Positions 27,458-38,224 of a stretch of DNA of 64,000 bases are shown in pieces; the stretch's first letter is position 1; the number at the start of each line of letters is the position of its first letter. Origin of the DNA: a virus; IMG/VR virus record IMGVR_UViG_3300035670_000058, positions 1-64,000 of that record; one strand, given 5' to 3'. The position numbers and the translations under genes are program-made. The notes below the pieces were generated by a model. The model did no database searches and was not told the origin of the DNA. It was given only the letters and a program-made list of their open reading frames with translations.

Positions 27458-28222
27458 ATGGGATTAGGACCAACACCCTCGTACTTAGCTAAGTATAATT
27501 CATATACTCTTCCCGGCTATGTACAACAGGAATCTTTTGATTCCAGTATGCGTATTGGTGACCATTACGCTCCATACGCTGATGGCTCCAACTCCGAAAT
27601 ATTGGGCCTCCAAAATAAAATGCTCTCCCTTACTCTAAAAGTATGGGAGCAAGATTATGCCACCTGTAAAGAGCAAGTCCAGCAAGCAGCCACAATGCTT
27701 CGCAGTAAACGTCAAGGATTTGCTCCATTGTATGTGCAGTATTCTGATAAGCACTACGAAGCATTGGTATCCTCAGTAAAGGTGGACAAAACCGCTGGGG
27801 ATACCCCACGAATGCTGGAGTATCAGGTTGACTTCCAGTGCAAGCCTTGGCTCATCAGCGACTCTACCAATACGCTTACAGGTTCAAGTCTAGCCCGCGT
27901 AAGCACAAATCTTGTCACCACAGGCAGGACAATTACTGATGGTGGCTGGACCCCTACAACGATCACAGTAACTGGCAGTGATATTACCATCTCTGGATAT
28001 ACATTAGCAGGAGATTTTGCTGGATTCATCAGCGTATCTGGATCAGTCACAAATCTTGTCATCGACAGTGAGGGTTTCTCTTCTACTGAAGGAACCACTA
28101 ACAGGAATGCTTACATGCGCTACGCGGATTATCGTGTATGGGTAGGGCCAGAAGAGACAACGTTCGTTGTCAGTGGAGCAACAGATATAACAATAGATTA
28201 CCACGATAGATGGTATATATAG
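27458..28222 (+). CDS. distal tail protein (Dit)
   Basis: Directly after TMP; PYADG, VDFQCKPW, LVIDSE, C-terminal DRW. Confidence 0.8.
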   Translation: MGLGPTPSYLAKYNSYTLPGYVQQESFDSSMRIGDHYAPYADGSNSEILGLQNKMLSLTLKVWEQDYATCKEQVQQAATMLRSKRQGFAPLYVQYSDKHYEALVSSVKVDKTAGDTPRMLEYQVDFQCKPWLISDSTNTLTGSSLARVSTNLVTTGRTITDGGWTPTTITVTGSDITISGYTLAGDFAGFISVSGSVTNLVIDSEGFSSTEGTTNRNAYMRYADYRVWVGPEETTFVVSGATDITIDYHDRWYI

Positions 28223-28235
28223 GAGGTGAGGTATC

Positions 28236-29303
28236 ATGGCTGGTGGAGATTTAATTTTTGCAGACGGCTTTGATTCTGGATCATTAACTGGGTGGGTGGA
28301 TGCTCTAGATGTATGGATCGCTGCGGGTTCTTCCAGAATATCGGGTAGTGGTAGTGGTCTATATATCAGTCGTACAAGTACATATTTTACTGCTAAGGCT
28401 GCGATCTATACTGATATTTTTGACTACACAAGTGAGTTTTTATTTGGATTTGCGTTTAAATTTGGAACCGTTTTGGATGAGATTGCCCTTATACATTTCA
28501 TGGATGGAGCAACTAGAAATGATTGGGATACTGCTCAACTCTCTCTCTATATAAATAACACTGGAAAACTTGCATTTGGTAGATTCCACGGTGATTTTAC
28601 CATAACTGTTTTAGCAACTGGAACTAGAACAGTTTCAGCAGGAGCATGGCATTATGTCGAAGGTAAAGTAAAAATTCACGCATCTACTGGGTATGTTGAA
28701 ATCAAATTAGATGGTATGGAAGAGATTTCTATGACAACTAGCCTTGATACTACAAATACTGCTGCTAATGGTGCAAGTGTTATTGCTCTAGGGATGTCAG
28801 ATTCAACTGGTGGAACTACTGTATCAATAGATGATTTTTATCTCTTTGATAATGCAGGAAATGGTATGTCCTATATGGGAGATATTCGTGTCTTGGACCT
28901 AGTGCCCACTTCTGATGGGGCGTCTTCTGATTTTACCCCCTCAACAGGCGTGGATAATTATGCAACAGTTGATGAATTACCCCCTGTAGATAGCGATTAT
29001 GTTTATTCAAATGTTATTGGTCACAAAGATACATACGGACTCCAGAACCTACCGGCAAATGCTGCCGCTGTCTTTGCAGTCATGTATGTTACCAGATCAT
29101 TTAAAACAGACGCCGGGGCAAGAACATTACGAAATGTTATGAGACAATCAGGCGTAGATTATGAACGGGCTGATAGTGATACGGCTATTACGCTAAATGC
29201 CTCAACAACATTTTATTCAGAGACTGCTAATCCTGCAACAACCGTTGCTTATACTGTCAGCGATATCAATGATAACGAATTTGGCTTCAAGTTACAAGCA
29301 TAA
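28236..29303 (+). CDS. minor tail protein with ConA/LamG-like lectin domain
   Basis: FADGFDSG; WHYVEGKV...VEIKLDG; IDDFY. Confidence 0.7.
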   Translation: MAGGDLIFADGFDSGSLTGWVDALDVWIAAGSSRISGSGSGLYISRTSTYFTAKAAIYTDIFDYTSEFLFGFAFKFGTVLDEIALIHFMDGATRNDWDTAQLSLYINNTGKLAFGRFHGDFTITVLATGTRTVSAGAWHYVEGKVKIHASTGYVEIKLDGMEEISMTTSLDTTNTAANGASVIALGMSDSTGGTTVSIDDFYLFDNAGNGMSYMGDIRVLDLVPTSDGASSDFTPSTGVDNYATVDELPPVDSDYVYSNVIGHKDTYGLQNLPANAAAVFAVMYVTRSFKTDAGARTLRNVMRQSGVDYERADSDTAITLNASTTFYSETANPATTVAYTVSDINDNEFGFKLQA

Positions 29304-29357
29304 CTGTAATTATTAATACAATAATAATTTCAATACAATGAAGGTGGTGAGGATGTA

Positions 29358-32300
29358 ATGGCTGTAGCCCACGACGCAGTTAGTAGTTATGGCGCTAGTA
29401 TCGCCAACGTAGGCTCATTCCAGTGGACACATACGCCATCGGGAACACCAAAAGGTGCAATTGTCTTTGTTAGCGGGCAAAACTTAACAATGGCTGCGAT
29501 AGTCGATACCGCTGTGACCTACGGCGGCGTGTCGATGACACAGATTCCATACACAGCCTTCGCCACCTCGACTGAACGTGGGTCCGTAACCGCTTATTTT
29601 CTTGCCAACCCCCCATCTGGGGCACAGACAGTTGTTGTTACACGAACTAACAACAATGTAACTACAAATGGTGTGTGTTGTACTGTTACAGCAGATAATG
29701 ATGTTGTGGTGCCTACTTCGTTGGTTAGAACTGTTGTTGGTGCTGCAACGCCCTTAACTGGGGCAAGTTCAACTGGCAGTAGTACAGCCTCTAGTTGGTC
29801 TTCTCTTACAGATATTGGTGACGGATCGCCGGGAACAAACTCTCAGCGCTATCTGTCGGTTTTTTGCGGCTTAGGCGTACCCCCGACTGCGGGTACAAAC
29901 GCTACAGTGGCATACTCCCACGATTTCGGAGCCTTGAGTTGGGTAGTCCTTCGGGAGACAACGCCATCGCAGGGCAATGTGACATTGGGTACCTCATCTA
30001 TCACGGATGACCTTGCTGCGCTAGGGCTTGCTGTTAAGGAGAAGGGACTTGTTAGTAGTGTAGCCCAAGCAAATGCCCAAATCACCCAGACAACTCAAGT
30101 CTTAGCCTATGCTCAAGCAGAAGCCGTGATGCTTGGGGCTTCTATAAACCATGCCTTTGCACAGGCAGAAGCCTCCATTTTATCTCTTTATATTATTCAG
30201 GTATCTGCTCAGGCAGAGAGTAGTATTAAGAGTACGTATATAGGTGCAGCACAGGCTGGCGCTCATACTCTAGGCTACTATACAGGAACAGGACAAGCAC
30301 AGGCATCTATTAAGACTGTATATCAGCAATATAGCCAGTCTAGTGCCTATATCTATATACGAAGTTACTCTAGTTCGCAAGCACAGGCAATTATTACCTA
30401 TAAAAATAGTAGTTATGCTCAAAGTGCTTCTTGGATCAAAGGAACAGAAAATGCTGTTGCACAAGCCCAAACAAAATTAATAGGTTTAGGCTTACAATCT
30501 GCACAAGCACTGGCTTGGATGGCTGGTTCATATATAGTTGTATCTCAAGCACAGGCTTTTATTCAAAATGGTTTGGCAGTTTATCTTCGTGGTACAGCCA
30601 ACCATAATACGGCAAGTAATTCTTTCACATTTGCTTCACCCTCTAACTTCTCAGCCGATGGATTGGCTATTATTGTTATAGCCTATGGTAATAATGGAAC
30701 GGCTGGAGCCGACCCCAACTGCGTTGTTACAGACTCCTTAGGTAACACATGGACTGCACGTCATGTGACCGTAAATGATCCAAGTATTGTCGCTGGTGTT
30801 GGTACAGTTCTTAGGATCGTTACAACTGAGCAGAATGCTGGAATCATTACTACAGGTACAAATATAACATTGACCTTTGGTAATGGTGTACAGGCTAAAG
30901 CCCTTGCTCTCTGGGAAATCAAATCAAATAGGGGGATTCCAAGATACTATAGTACAGGAACAGGATCAACTGGTAACTCTACTACCCCATCTGTAACATC
31001 TAGTACAATAACTGTTGGGGATGTTATCATTGGTGGTGTTTCTATCAAGCGTGGAGAGGCACCGGCAACAGTTGATACTGACACGACAAACGGTTTGTGG
31101 TCAGCAGAGCAATCTACTTATGCTGGAGATAAGTCTGTTGTTTCTCAGGTTAAGTTACAGACTTCAAGTGACTCTACGCAAACATATAATCCTACGTATA
31201 CAAATGCTGGCTATTGGGCTGCTGGTTGGATTTCTATCCGCTCCCTGCCTTATCAGAAATATGCACAAGCCAAAGCACATATTATATCTAGGGAAGTTTC
31301 AAGACCAGCACAAGCAGAAGCAACAGTAATTCAAGGAACACGCTATAGCACTCATGCACAGGCTCAGGGATCAATCATCCCTAACTTTAAGCAGTTTGCT
31401 CAGGCAAAGACCTCTATCAAGACATCTTATACAGCATCTGCTCAAGCCGCAGCAAAGATGTCTGTGTATGTTCAACATGCACAGGTTCAAGGATCAGTCC
31501 TTACTTATTATACGACATATGCACAAAGCGCTGCTGAAATCTCCTCCAAGATAAAAGTAAAATTTGCTCAAGCGCAAGCCTTGATGGAATATTCTGCTGT
31601 TTCCGCATTTGGAATCAGAGTCCTTGAAACACAAACATTCCCACAAGTAAACGTTACGGCACTTTCTCTTAGAATCTTAACAACACGTTCTACGTTCAGT
31701 TATGCAAACGTAACAGCAAAAATACAAAACCTTACCAACACTACTCAAATACATGCTCAGGCAAATGCCCATATAAAAATGGAAGCGCTGGTTGGGCTAG
31801 CACAAGCGCAAGCATGGTTACCCGTCTTTGCAGTTTCAAATATTTATATTAGAACGCTGTTTACAACATCTGATCCAGATGTGCGCGTAACTGCCGCTGG
31901 ATTAAGAGTTCTTGTCAGTAGGGGTTCTATTGAAACTGCCCAAGCACAAGCGTTAATAGACTCTGGGATTAAAATTAAGGTTGCTCAGGCACATGTTTCA
32001 ATCTACCGTACTCCGCATACCACATATTCAGAATTTGCACAAAGTCAGGCAATTATCAGGGCCAAGTATACTGCAAGAGCCAACGTAAGAGCATCGATCA
32101 AAAGAACTTCAGTCAAACACTCTCAAGCAAATGCGCTTATTTTCCATCCACAAGGTTTTGGACAAGCACGGGCAACCGTCAAGAAGGGCGGTACTGGTGT
32201 ATTCGCTCAAGCCAGTGCTTATATGCGTCTATATGTTGGCTATGCTCAGTCACGGGCTTGGATAACAACAGGGATACTCAAGAGCGCTCAAGCAACTACT

Positions 32301-33959
32301 TATATACGACTTCCTGCTGGATACGCACTAGCACGAACAAGCATAAAAACAACATATCTTGGACATGCACAAGCCACAGGAGCGGTGCTGTTCTCTGGAA
32401 TGTTTGCTCAAGCAAACGCTGACATTAAGCAAAAATATACCCAATCTGCACAAGCAAATGCGCTTATCAATTCTTATATTAAAGTTCAATTTGCTCAAGC
32501 ACAAGCGGTTGTTTTCCAGATTATCATAACAAGTTTTGAATTAAGGGTTCTTGAGGTTGGAACGCTTCCAACCGCTGGAGTTTCTGCGATCTTCCTGCGA
32601 ACACTTGTAAACAGGTCTACCTATAGAAGCGCACAATCTGCTGCATTGATCAGCAATATTTCAAAAGTTGCTTCTGGGCAGGGTGTGGGTTCTATAAGAA
32701 CACATTATGCGCAATCAGGCCAATCGATGGCCTATATAAGTGCTTATGGAGTAAGTTACTTTGCTCAGGCTGAAGCAAGTATCCTAAAACTTGCTGGATA
32801 TGGACAGGCACAAGCCTATTTACGTGCTTTTGATGTGGGGGCATTTGCCCAAGCACTTGCATATTCACTTGGTATGACATTTGTATACGGACAGGCACAT
32901 GTGTATATACGTCCCTTGACGGGTTCTGCACAAGCAAACGCACAGATAAAATCCACCTCTACACCGCACGCAAATACACAGGCAATGATTGAGATTCAAC
33001 GTAGAGGCTATGCACAAACAGAAGCATGGATATTGGACACTATCTCTATCTATTCTGCTACGGCACAAGCGCAGATTATCTATCGTATGTGGTCATCAGC
33101 ACAAGCAATGACAGAAATCACACGCTATAAGTTTGGATGGGCTAATGCTCTTGCTCGTATTGCTGGTCAGGAGCATGGCAATGCTCAGGCTCTCATAAAA
33201 GCACCCTCTCTTGGACTAGCTCAAGTCGCTGCCTTTATTAAGAACAAATATACAACAATTATTTATAATAACTACCTGTTGCCGGGATATTTACAATCTA
33301 AATCTATGAATGATTCTACTAGAATTAAAATATCTGGAGTACCATACTTCGATGGGCAGGATTCTGAATATATAGGCTTGGAGAATAAGACAATCTCATT
33401 GAGGTTCAAATTAGTGGGAGATACACTAGATAGTATGAAAACTCAAGCTACAACGGCTTCTACGATGGTGTGGAGTGCAAGAACTCAATCTAAATTGTAT
33501 ATTCATGCATTGGATAAATATTATCTTGCAGTTCCAAAATCATTCAAGATGGAGCCTTCCGCTTCTGAGCGTACACTGGATTATAGCGTTGACTTCAACG
33601 CCCAGCCTTGGCTTTATAGCGACGTTATAAATACGATTACAGGAACAACCTCTTTAGTAACGACAGGACGTACCATCGTTGATGGTGTTGCTACTCCAGC
33701 AGTAGTGATTATCTCAGGAACAGATGTCACTGTTTCAGGATATACCTCAGATGGCTCATGTACAGGATATTTTGCTACCTCTGGTAGTGTTTCTAACTTG
33801 ATTATCAATTCAGAGGAGTATTCAGCAACAATAAACGGAGTTAACAGAAACGATATTATGAGAAATCTAGACTATCAAATCTATGTGGGCCAGGGAATTA
33901 CGTACTTCGATATAACAGGAGCCACTAGTGCAGAAATTTCTTGGAGGAATAGGTGGTAA
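29358..33959 (+). CDS. giant tail fibre: two globular domains, AQA repeats and a C-terminal Dit paralogue domain
   Basis: AQAQA repeats; the last ~230 aa align by eye with 27458..28222. Confidence 0.8.
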   Translation: MAVAHDAVSSYGASIANVGSFQWTHTPSGTPKGAIVFVSGQNLTMAAIVDTAVTYGGVSMTQIPYTAFATSTERGSVTAYFLANPPSGAQTVVVTRTNNNVTTNGVCCTVTADNDVVVPTSLVRTVVGAATPLTGASSTGSSTASSWSSLTDIGDGSPGTNSQRYLSVFCGLGVPPTAGTNATVAYSHDFGALSWVVLRETTPSQGNVTLGTSSITDDLAALGLAVKEKGLVSSVAQANAQITQTTQVLAYAQAEAVMLGASINHAFAQAEASILSLYIIQVSAQAESSIKSTYIGAAQAGAHTLGYYTGTGQAQASIKTVYQQYSQSSAYIYIRSYSSSQAQAIITYKNSSYAQSASWIKGTENAVAQAQTKLIGLGLQSAQALAWMAGSYIVVSQAQAFIQNGLAVYLRGTANHNTASNSFTFASPSNFSADGLAIIVIAYGNNGTAGADPNCVVTDSLGNTWTARHVTVNDPSIVAGVGTVLRIVTTEQNAGIITTGTNITLTFGNGVQAKALALWEIKSNRGIPRYYSTGTGSTGNSTTPSVTSSTITVGDVIIGGVSIKRGEAPATVDTDTTNGLWSAEQSTYAGDKSVVSQVKLQTSSDSTQTYNPTYTNAGYWAAGWISIRSLPYQKYAQAKAHIISREVSRPAQAEATVIQGTRYSTHAQAQGSIIPNFKQFAQAKTSIKTSYTASAQAAAKMSVYVQHAQVQGSVLTYYTTYAQSAAEISSKIKVKFAQAQALMEYSAVSAFGIRVLETQTFPQVNVTALSLRILTTRSTFSYANVTAKIQNLTNTTQIHAQANAHIKMEALVGLAQAQAWLPVFAVSNIYIRTLFTTSDPDVRVTAAGLRVLVSRGSIETAQAQALIDSGIKIKVAQAHVSIYRTPHTTYSEFAQSQAIIRAKYTARANVRASIKRTSVKHSQANALIFHPQGFGQARATVKKGGTGVFAQASAYMRLYVGYAQSRAWITTGILKSAQATTYIRLPAGYALARTSIKTTYLGHAQATGAVLFSGMFAQANADIKQKYTQSAQANALINSYIKVQFAQAQAVVFQIIITSFELRVLEVGTLPTAGVSAIFLRTLVNRSTYRSAQSAALISNISKVASGQGVGSIRTHYAQSGQSMAYISAYGVSYFAQAEASILKLAGYGQAQAYLRAFDVGAFAQALAYSLGMTFVYGQAHVYIRPLTGSAQANAQIKSTSTPHANTQAMIEIQRRGYAQTEAWILDTISIYSATAQAQIIYRMWSSAQAMTEITRYKFGWANALARIAGQEHGNAQALIKAPSLGLAQVAAFIKNKYTTIIYNNYLLPGYLQSKSMNDSTRIKISGVPYFDGQDSEYIGLENKTISLRFKLVGDTLDSMKTQATTASTMVWSARTQSKLYIHALDKYYLAVPKSFKMEPSASERTLDYSVDFNAQPWLYSDVINTITGTTSLVTTGRTIVDGVATPAVVIISGTDVTVSGYTSDGSCTGYFATSGSVSNLIINSEEYSATINGVNRNDIMRNLDYQIYVGQGITYFDITGATSAEISWRNRW

Positions 33960-33962
33960 ATT

Positions 33963-36900
33963 ATGCTTCAAATTAGACTGACTGATAGCGCGGGTAATAA
34001 TCCGATCATTTTGGAGAAAGCAGATAATAAGATTTACAATAAAGCTTTGAGTTCTGCCGATGAGGGCATCTCTTTTGAGTACCCTAAAAATGACAGCAAA
34101 TCAGCCTACCTTAATCCTTATGATTCTGCATCATATACGCGCCTGTGGGAAGTATGGAATACACGAACCAATAAGCGGCTTAATTTCGGTCCTATTACCA
34201 CCATCTCAGATGGCCCAGAAGCCTACCAGGTGGACGGTGACGGGCGTTCTGCCCTGCTGAACGACTACTATACGTCGATTAAAACATTTTATGGAAGAAT
34301 AGATTATATCGTGGAAGAAATGCGGTATGAGAATGTTGCTGTTTCTCCATCAAGTTCTGTCTTTATCCATAATCAAGACGAAGACGATGCCGATATGAAT
34401 GCTGTTCTAGGTATGTGGGCTTATCCATCTAATACATTTTTGGGGGAAGATAGGTATTATAATATAAGCAAATACTCTAAAGATTTTATTATTGATGAGC
34501 AAACAGGGTATATTCCGCTAGGGAAGATAGAGCCACCTAGAACATTCTCAACCACAAGTGAATACTGGACTGGTGCTGGTCCCTTTGATGCTGTTCTTAT
34601 AGATTTTGGTGCAGAATACGATATTTCCAGATTAAAACTTCTGTTTCCTTGGTGGGGAGGACCACAACGGGCAACCAATAGGACGTATGATTTCAAACTT
34701 GTTGGATACCCCGAAGGGAGTTGGAAAACGATCTATAATAGGGGTTTGGGTGATCCTATAGAATACTTAGACTCTTACTACCTATTAGGTGGTGTAAGTC
34801 GTATTGTAACTACTCCAGAGCGTCCCTATGAATTTTATGTTGGGACAACTGCAAGTGGCCTTGGAACACAGATAAACAGTTTTAATATTTTAGGTGGTTA
34901 TCAAAGTCCTCCATCGATTCGTTACTTAAAAATAGAAATTCAAGATGTGCATGCGTGGTTTGGTACTGATAATGATGCCAAGGCTGCACATGAAGGTTAC
35001 CCATATCAGTGTGAGCCTAGTTATCGCCCCGGTGATGATAGTTATTTTGGAAATAAGTTGGGGCTAATGACATATAAAAACAAAAATGGTGTTCTAAAAG
35101 AACGAAAAATTTCAGATGAGGTAATTAAGCCAAGCAATGATTGTAATGCTTCGGTTGTAGAATTAGGAGCTTATAAGGAGATTATCCCTAAAAATACTAT
35201 TAAACCACTAGCATTGCAGCGAATTGACAACAATAGTATGCAAATTGAGTATAGTCATTATCCACGCGGCTCAGAAATGACAAAAATTACTATTGATGAC
35301 AAACATTATCGTAAATTTGAACCCGGTACGTTTTTTAGGAAGTTTAAAATATCGTGGACTGGAGCAGATAATACCTACTATAAATTTTATAAGAAAGATT
35401 GCGATCAATGTTATCCAGATGGGTTCTCTTTTGGTGTTGTAGATGATGATAATAGTCTTATCTACTCTTCAGACAACTCCAGTGGTACAGATATCAACGT
35501 AAAAGGCAAGCAGTATACAAAACATATCCGAACAAGGGGTTCAAATACTTCAGAGGTCACTTGGGTAGATGCATGGAAAGGAATTACTGATCCTATGTCT
35601 TGGGGAGGAACGTATTCTTATTCTGAATATCAAAATGACTATTTTGTAGTGAGTTTCAGGGGAGAATCCTTAAAATGGTATGCAACGATACCAAGTGATA
35701 AAACCGGATCAAGAGTTAAAATTGAAATAAGACATAGACTTAACTCAGAATATAATAGAAGTTCTTCAAGTGTGGACCAACTTGTAGAAGATATACAATG
35801 GGCACTTGATCATAGCGAACCCTTACCACCTATTGAAATTGTAGATGGTAACCCACTATTTTGGAGTGACTGGACTGTTTTAGAGGCTGACTATCAACTA
35901 CCCAATAATGTATCAAGTTCTGTAGTTTATGAAATCCCTTATAATGCTGGAATACTAGAATCTGAAACAAGTTATCAAATAAAGGTTACCTTACTTACTG
36001 ATGGGTATTGTTCAATTGACTCGTTTGAGGGCTACTGGTCAGCCTCATTCACTGAATATAATGAGGATAGTTCCAGAATTGTACTCAGTAAGCCGGATGT
36101 TTTCAAGCAAATCTATAACAAGAAATTTACTGCTGGATCAATGTACAAATGGAATAAGCCGGGGGCTGCTGCTTCGATGCAGTTTGAGGGTGATCGTATC
36201 ATCATTCAGTCAGCAAAAGGAAGGCAGCATGGAAAATTGACACTTATTTTGCTTACCTATGAAGATGGTATCAATGAGTATGATCCCGGTACAGAAAATC
36301 ACGTATTCATACCTACTTCTAAAGGCGGTGATCCATCTGATGGGAGCCTCACAGTCAATCTAAGCACAGGTAAACGTGGTCAGGAGTTTGCTAACTTTAT
36401 CATCTTCGATAGTAACGATATTTTCAGTGATGAGGGCGGACTTCCTTGGGGCAAGTACATGATGAAAATTATCTATACGCCATCTGAAAAATATACGGCT
36501 AGCAAGACAGATAATGGATCATCATCGTTCCAGTATCGTTGTCGTGATTGTGATGGAGAAACGGATGGCAAGACAACAAGCATCTATAGATATGTTTATC
36601 TGGATGCTATTGGTGTTCATGAGCGGGTTGGGGTATCAGTTAATTTTGAGCAGAAGCCTCATCTTGAAATTATTAAATCAATGGCAGAGGCAATCCAAGT
36701 TGAGTGGGATGCCGCAGAGTCTGGTTTGATCTTTGAGCCAAGACTTGGCATTGATAAGGATATTGCCTTACGTGAAAGTGAGAATACACTTGTTTCCTAC
36801 CAGATCACAAATGATCTGAAAAAGGTAGCAACACGTTTACTTGCATACGGATCGTCTATTGATGGACTTGACTTATTTACTATTACAGAAGACAAGAAAA

Positions 36901-37199
36901 CAAGGGAAGCATTCGGTCGAACAATTACCAGGCAGAATGACTTTAGGGATATTGCCAGTTATAGTCAACTCATAGGTTTGTCTAGAATGGAATTGAAGAG
37001 GCGAAACAAGCCAGAACGGAGAATAACCGTTACACACAGGGCAGAGGAACTTGATCTTGAACGCGGAGATTCCTTTATTCTATGGACAAAGAAATCAGGA
37101 AATCTAAGAGTTAGAATTGAGCATATCTCACGAAAGGAATCATCATCCTCAGGTACAACGTTTGATATGGAGTGTGTGGAATGGCCTCAGATCAGTTAA
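33963..37199 (+). CDS. Tal/baseplate hub-like protein with discoidin and CBM-like insertions
   Basis: Tal-like N- and C-terminal parts (ATRLLAYGS, LERGD); F5/8C-like YW...IDFG...RYLKIEI. Confidence 0.7.
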   Translation: MLQIRLTDSAGNNPIILEKADNKIYNKALSSADEGISFEYPKNDSKSAYLNPYDSASYTRLWEVWNTRTNKRLNFGPITTISDGPEAYQVDGDGRSALLNDYYTSIKTFYGRIDYIVEEMRYENVAVSPSSSVFIHNQDEDDADMNAVLGMWAYPSNTFLGEDRYYNISKYSKDFIIDEQTGYIPLGKIEPPRTFSTTSEYWTGAGPFDAVLIDFGAEYDISRLKLLFPWWGGPQRATNRTYDFKLVGYPEGSWKTIYNRGLGDPIEYLDSYYLLGGVSRIVTTPERPYEFYVGTTASGLGTQINSFNILGGYQSPPSIRYLKIEIQDVHAWFGTDNDAKAAHEGYPYQCEPSYRPGDDSYFGNKLGLMTYKNKNGVLKERKISDEVIKPSNDCNASVVELGAYKEIIPKNTIKPLALQRIDNNSMQIEYSHYPRGSEMTKITIDDKHYRKFEPGTFFRKFKISWTGADNTYYKFYKKDCDQCYPDGFSFGVVDDDNSLIYSSDNSSGTDINVKGKQYTKHIRTRGSNTSEVTWVDAWKGITDPMSWGGTYSYSEYQNDYFVVSFRGESLKWYATIPSDKTGSRVKIEIRHRLNSEYNRSSSSVDQLVEDIQWALDHSEPLPPIEIVDGNPLFWSDWTVLEADYQLPNNVSSSVVYEIPYNAGILESETSYQIKVTLLTDGYCSIDSFEGYWSASFTEYNEDSSRIVLSKPDVFKQIYNKKFTAGSMYKWNKPGAAASMQFEGDRIIIQSAKGRQHGKLTLILLTYEDGINEYDPGTENHVFIPTSKGGDPSDGSLTVNLSTGKRGQEFANFIIFDSNDIFSDEGGLPWGKYMMKIIYTPSEKYTASKTDNGSSSFQYRCRDCDGETDGKTTSIYRYVYLDAIGVHERVGVSVNFEQKPHLEIIKSMAEAIQVEWDAAESGLIFEPRLGIDKDIALRESENTLVSYQITNDLKKVATRLLAYGSSIDGLDLFTITEDKKTREAFGRTITRQNDFRDIASYSQLIGLSRMELKRRNKPERRITVTHRAEELDLERGDSFILWTKKSGNLRVRIEHISRKESSSSGTTFDMECVEWPQIS

Positions 37200-38224
37200 A
37201 TGAAGTTGGAAAATACATCAAAAAAAGTAGAACAGATGCAGATTATGCACTGAAAAAGGTACGCCCCAATCGTCCAACGGTAGAGCGCACACGGGATATC
37301 TTTGATATAGACATCCCATTCAGTATGCAATTTGAAGTCAAAGACACCCAGAAGAGCATTTCCCTTGATCTGGAATTTAATAAACCTCCACCGCAAAGCA
37401 ATTGTTTTTCTGATATTGACTGCCCGCGAGGTACGTGTGAGACATTCACACTTTCTGCTGGAGAACATGAGATAACATTAGCATATGGTATTCACCCTAT
37501 TAATGAGTTATTTCAAGTTTATGTCAATGGACAACCTTGGGCTACATCACAGTACGCTATACTTTCAAAAGGTGGCCTAGACACACCAGCAACAGTATTA
37601 GTTGCAAATCTTCCTCTAGCCTCTAATACAGTAGTTATCTGCTATATGATCTACTGTCTTGGTGAACTTTATACCGGTCAGGCATTTGGTGCTTTGCTTA
37701 GAAGTAATCATACTGAATGGGAATGGAATGGTGATCAACCACCGGCAGGATGGTATCCAGAACCAGCAATTGGTCCAGTTCATTATGAGGGTAATACTAT
37801 CGTTATTGATCAATCAATATATGCACGGGTTGAGGCATATGCCAACTACGCTCTTGCTCCCGGTCGATGTACAACAGACTGGCCTCCCGGTGGGTGTGAC
37901 TGCGGGAGAGGGGTAATCATTAATGTTAGTCTTGATCCATTCGTAAGCGATACTCTTAGATGGCCGTGTGGTTTATACTATGTTTCTGGTGATTGGCATT
38001 ATGATCAATATATGTATCTTCCAGCAGGAACACGTATTAGCGGCTCTTTTAGTATGCCAAGTCCACCAGAGGTTGGGGGTTGGGGATGGCAGTGGTGGGA
38101 AGTCAATGAAAGTTGGGTCAGGGTAGGAAGACTTCGAACGTACTTTCCAAATGAGGGCGGCTCTAAAGGTGTATGGGGGTATTGGGACGGAGCAGAGGCT
38201 TGTACACAAGGGGATTGTGTTTAA
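37181..38224 (+). CDS. tail tip/receptor-binding protein, Cys/Trp-rich
   Basis: Follows Tal; N-terminus paralogous to 38225..38764. Confidence 0.6.
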   Translation: MASDQLNEVGKYIKKSRTDADYALKKVRPNRPTVERTRDIFDIDIPFSMQFEVKDTQKSISLDLEFNKPPPQSNCFSDIDCPRGTCETFTLSAGEHEITLAYGIHPINELFQVYVNGQPWATSQYAILSKGGLDTPATVLVANLPLASNTVVICYMIYCLGELYTGQAFGALLRSNHTEWEWNGDQPPAGWYPEPAIGPVHYEGNTIVIDQSIYARVEAYANYALAPGRCTTDWPPGGCDCGRGVIINVSLDPFVSDTLRWPCGLYYVSGDWHYDQYMYLPAGTRISGSFSMPSPPEVGGWGWQWWEVNESWVRVGRLRTYFPNEGGSKGVWGYWDGAEACTQGDCV

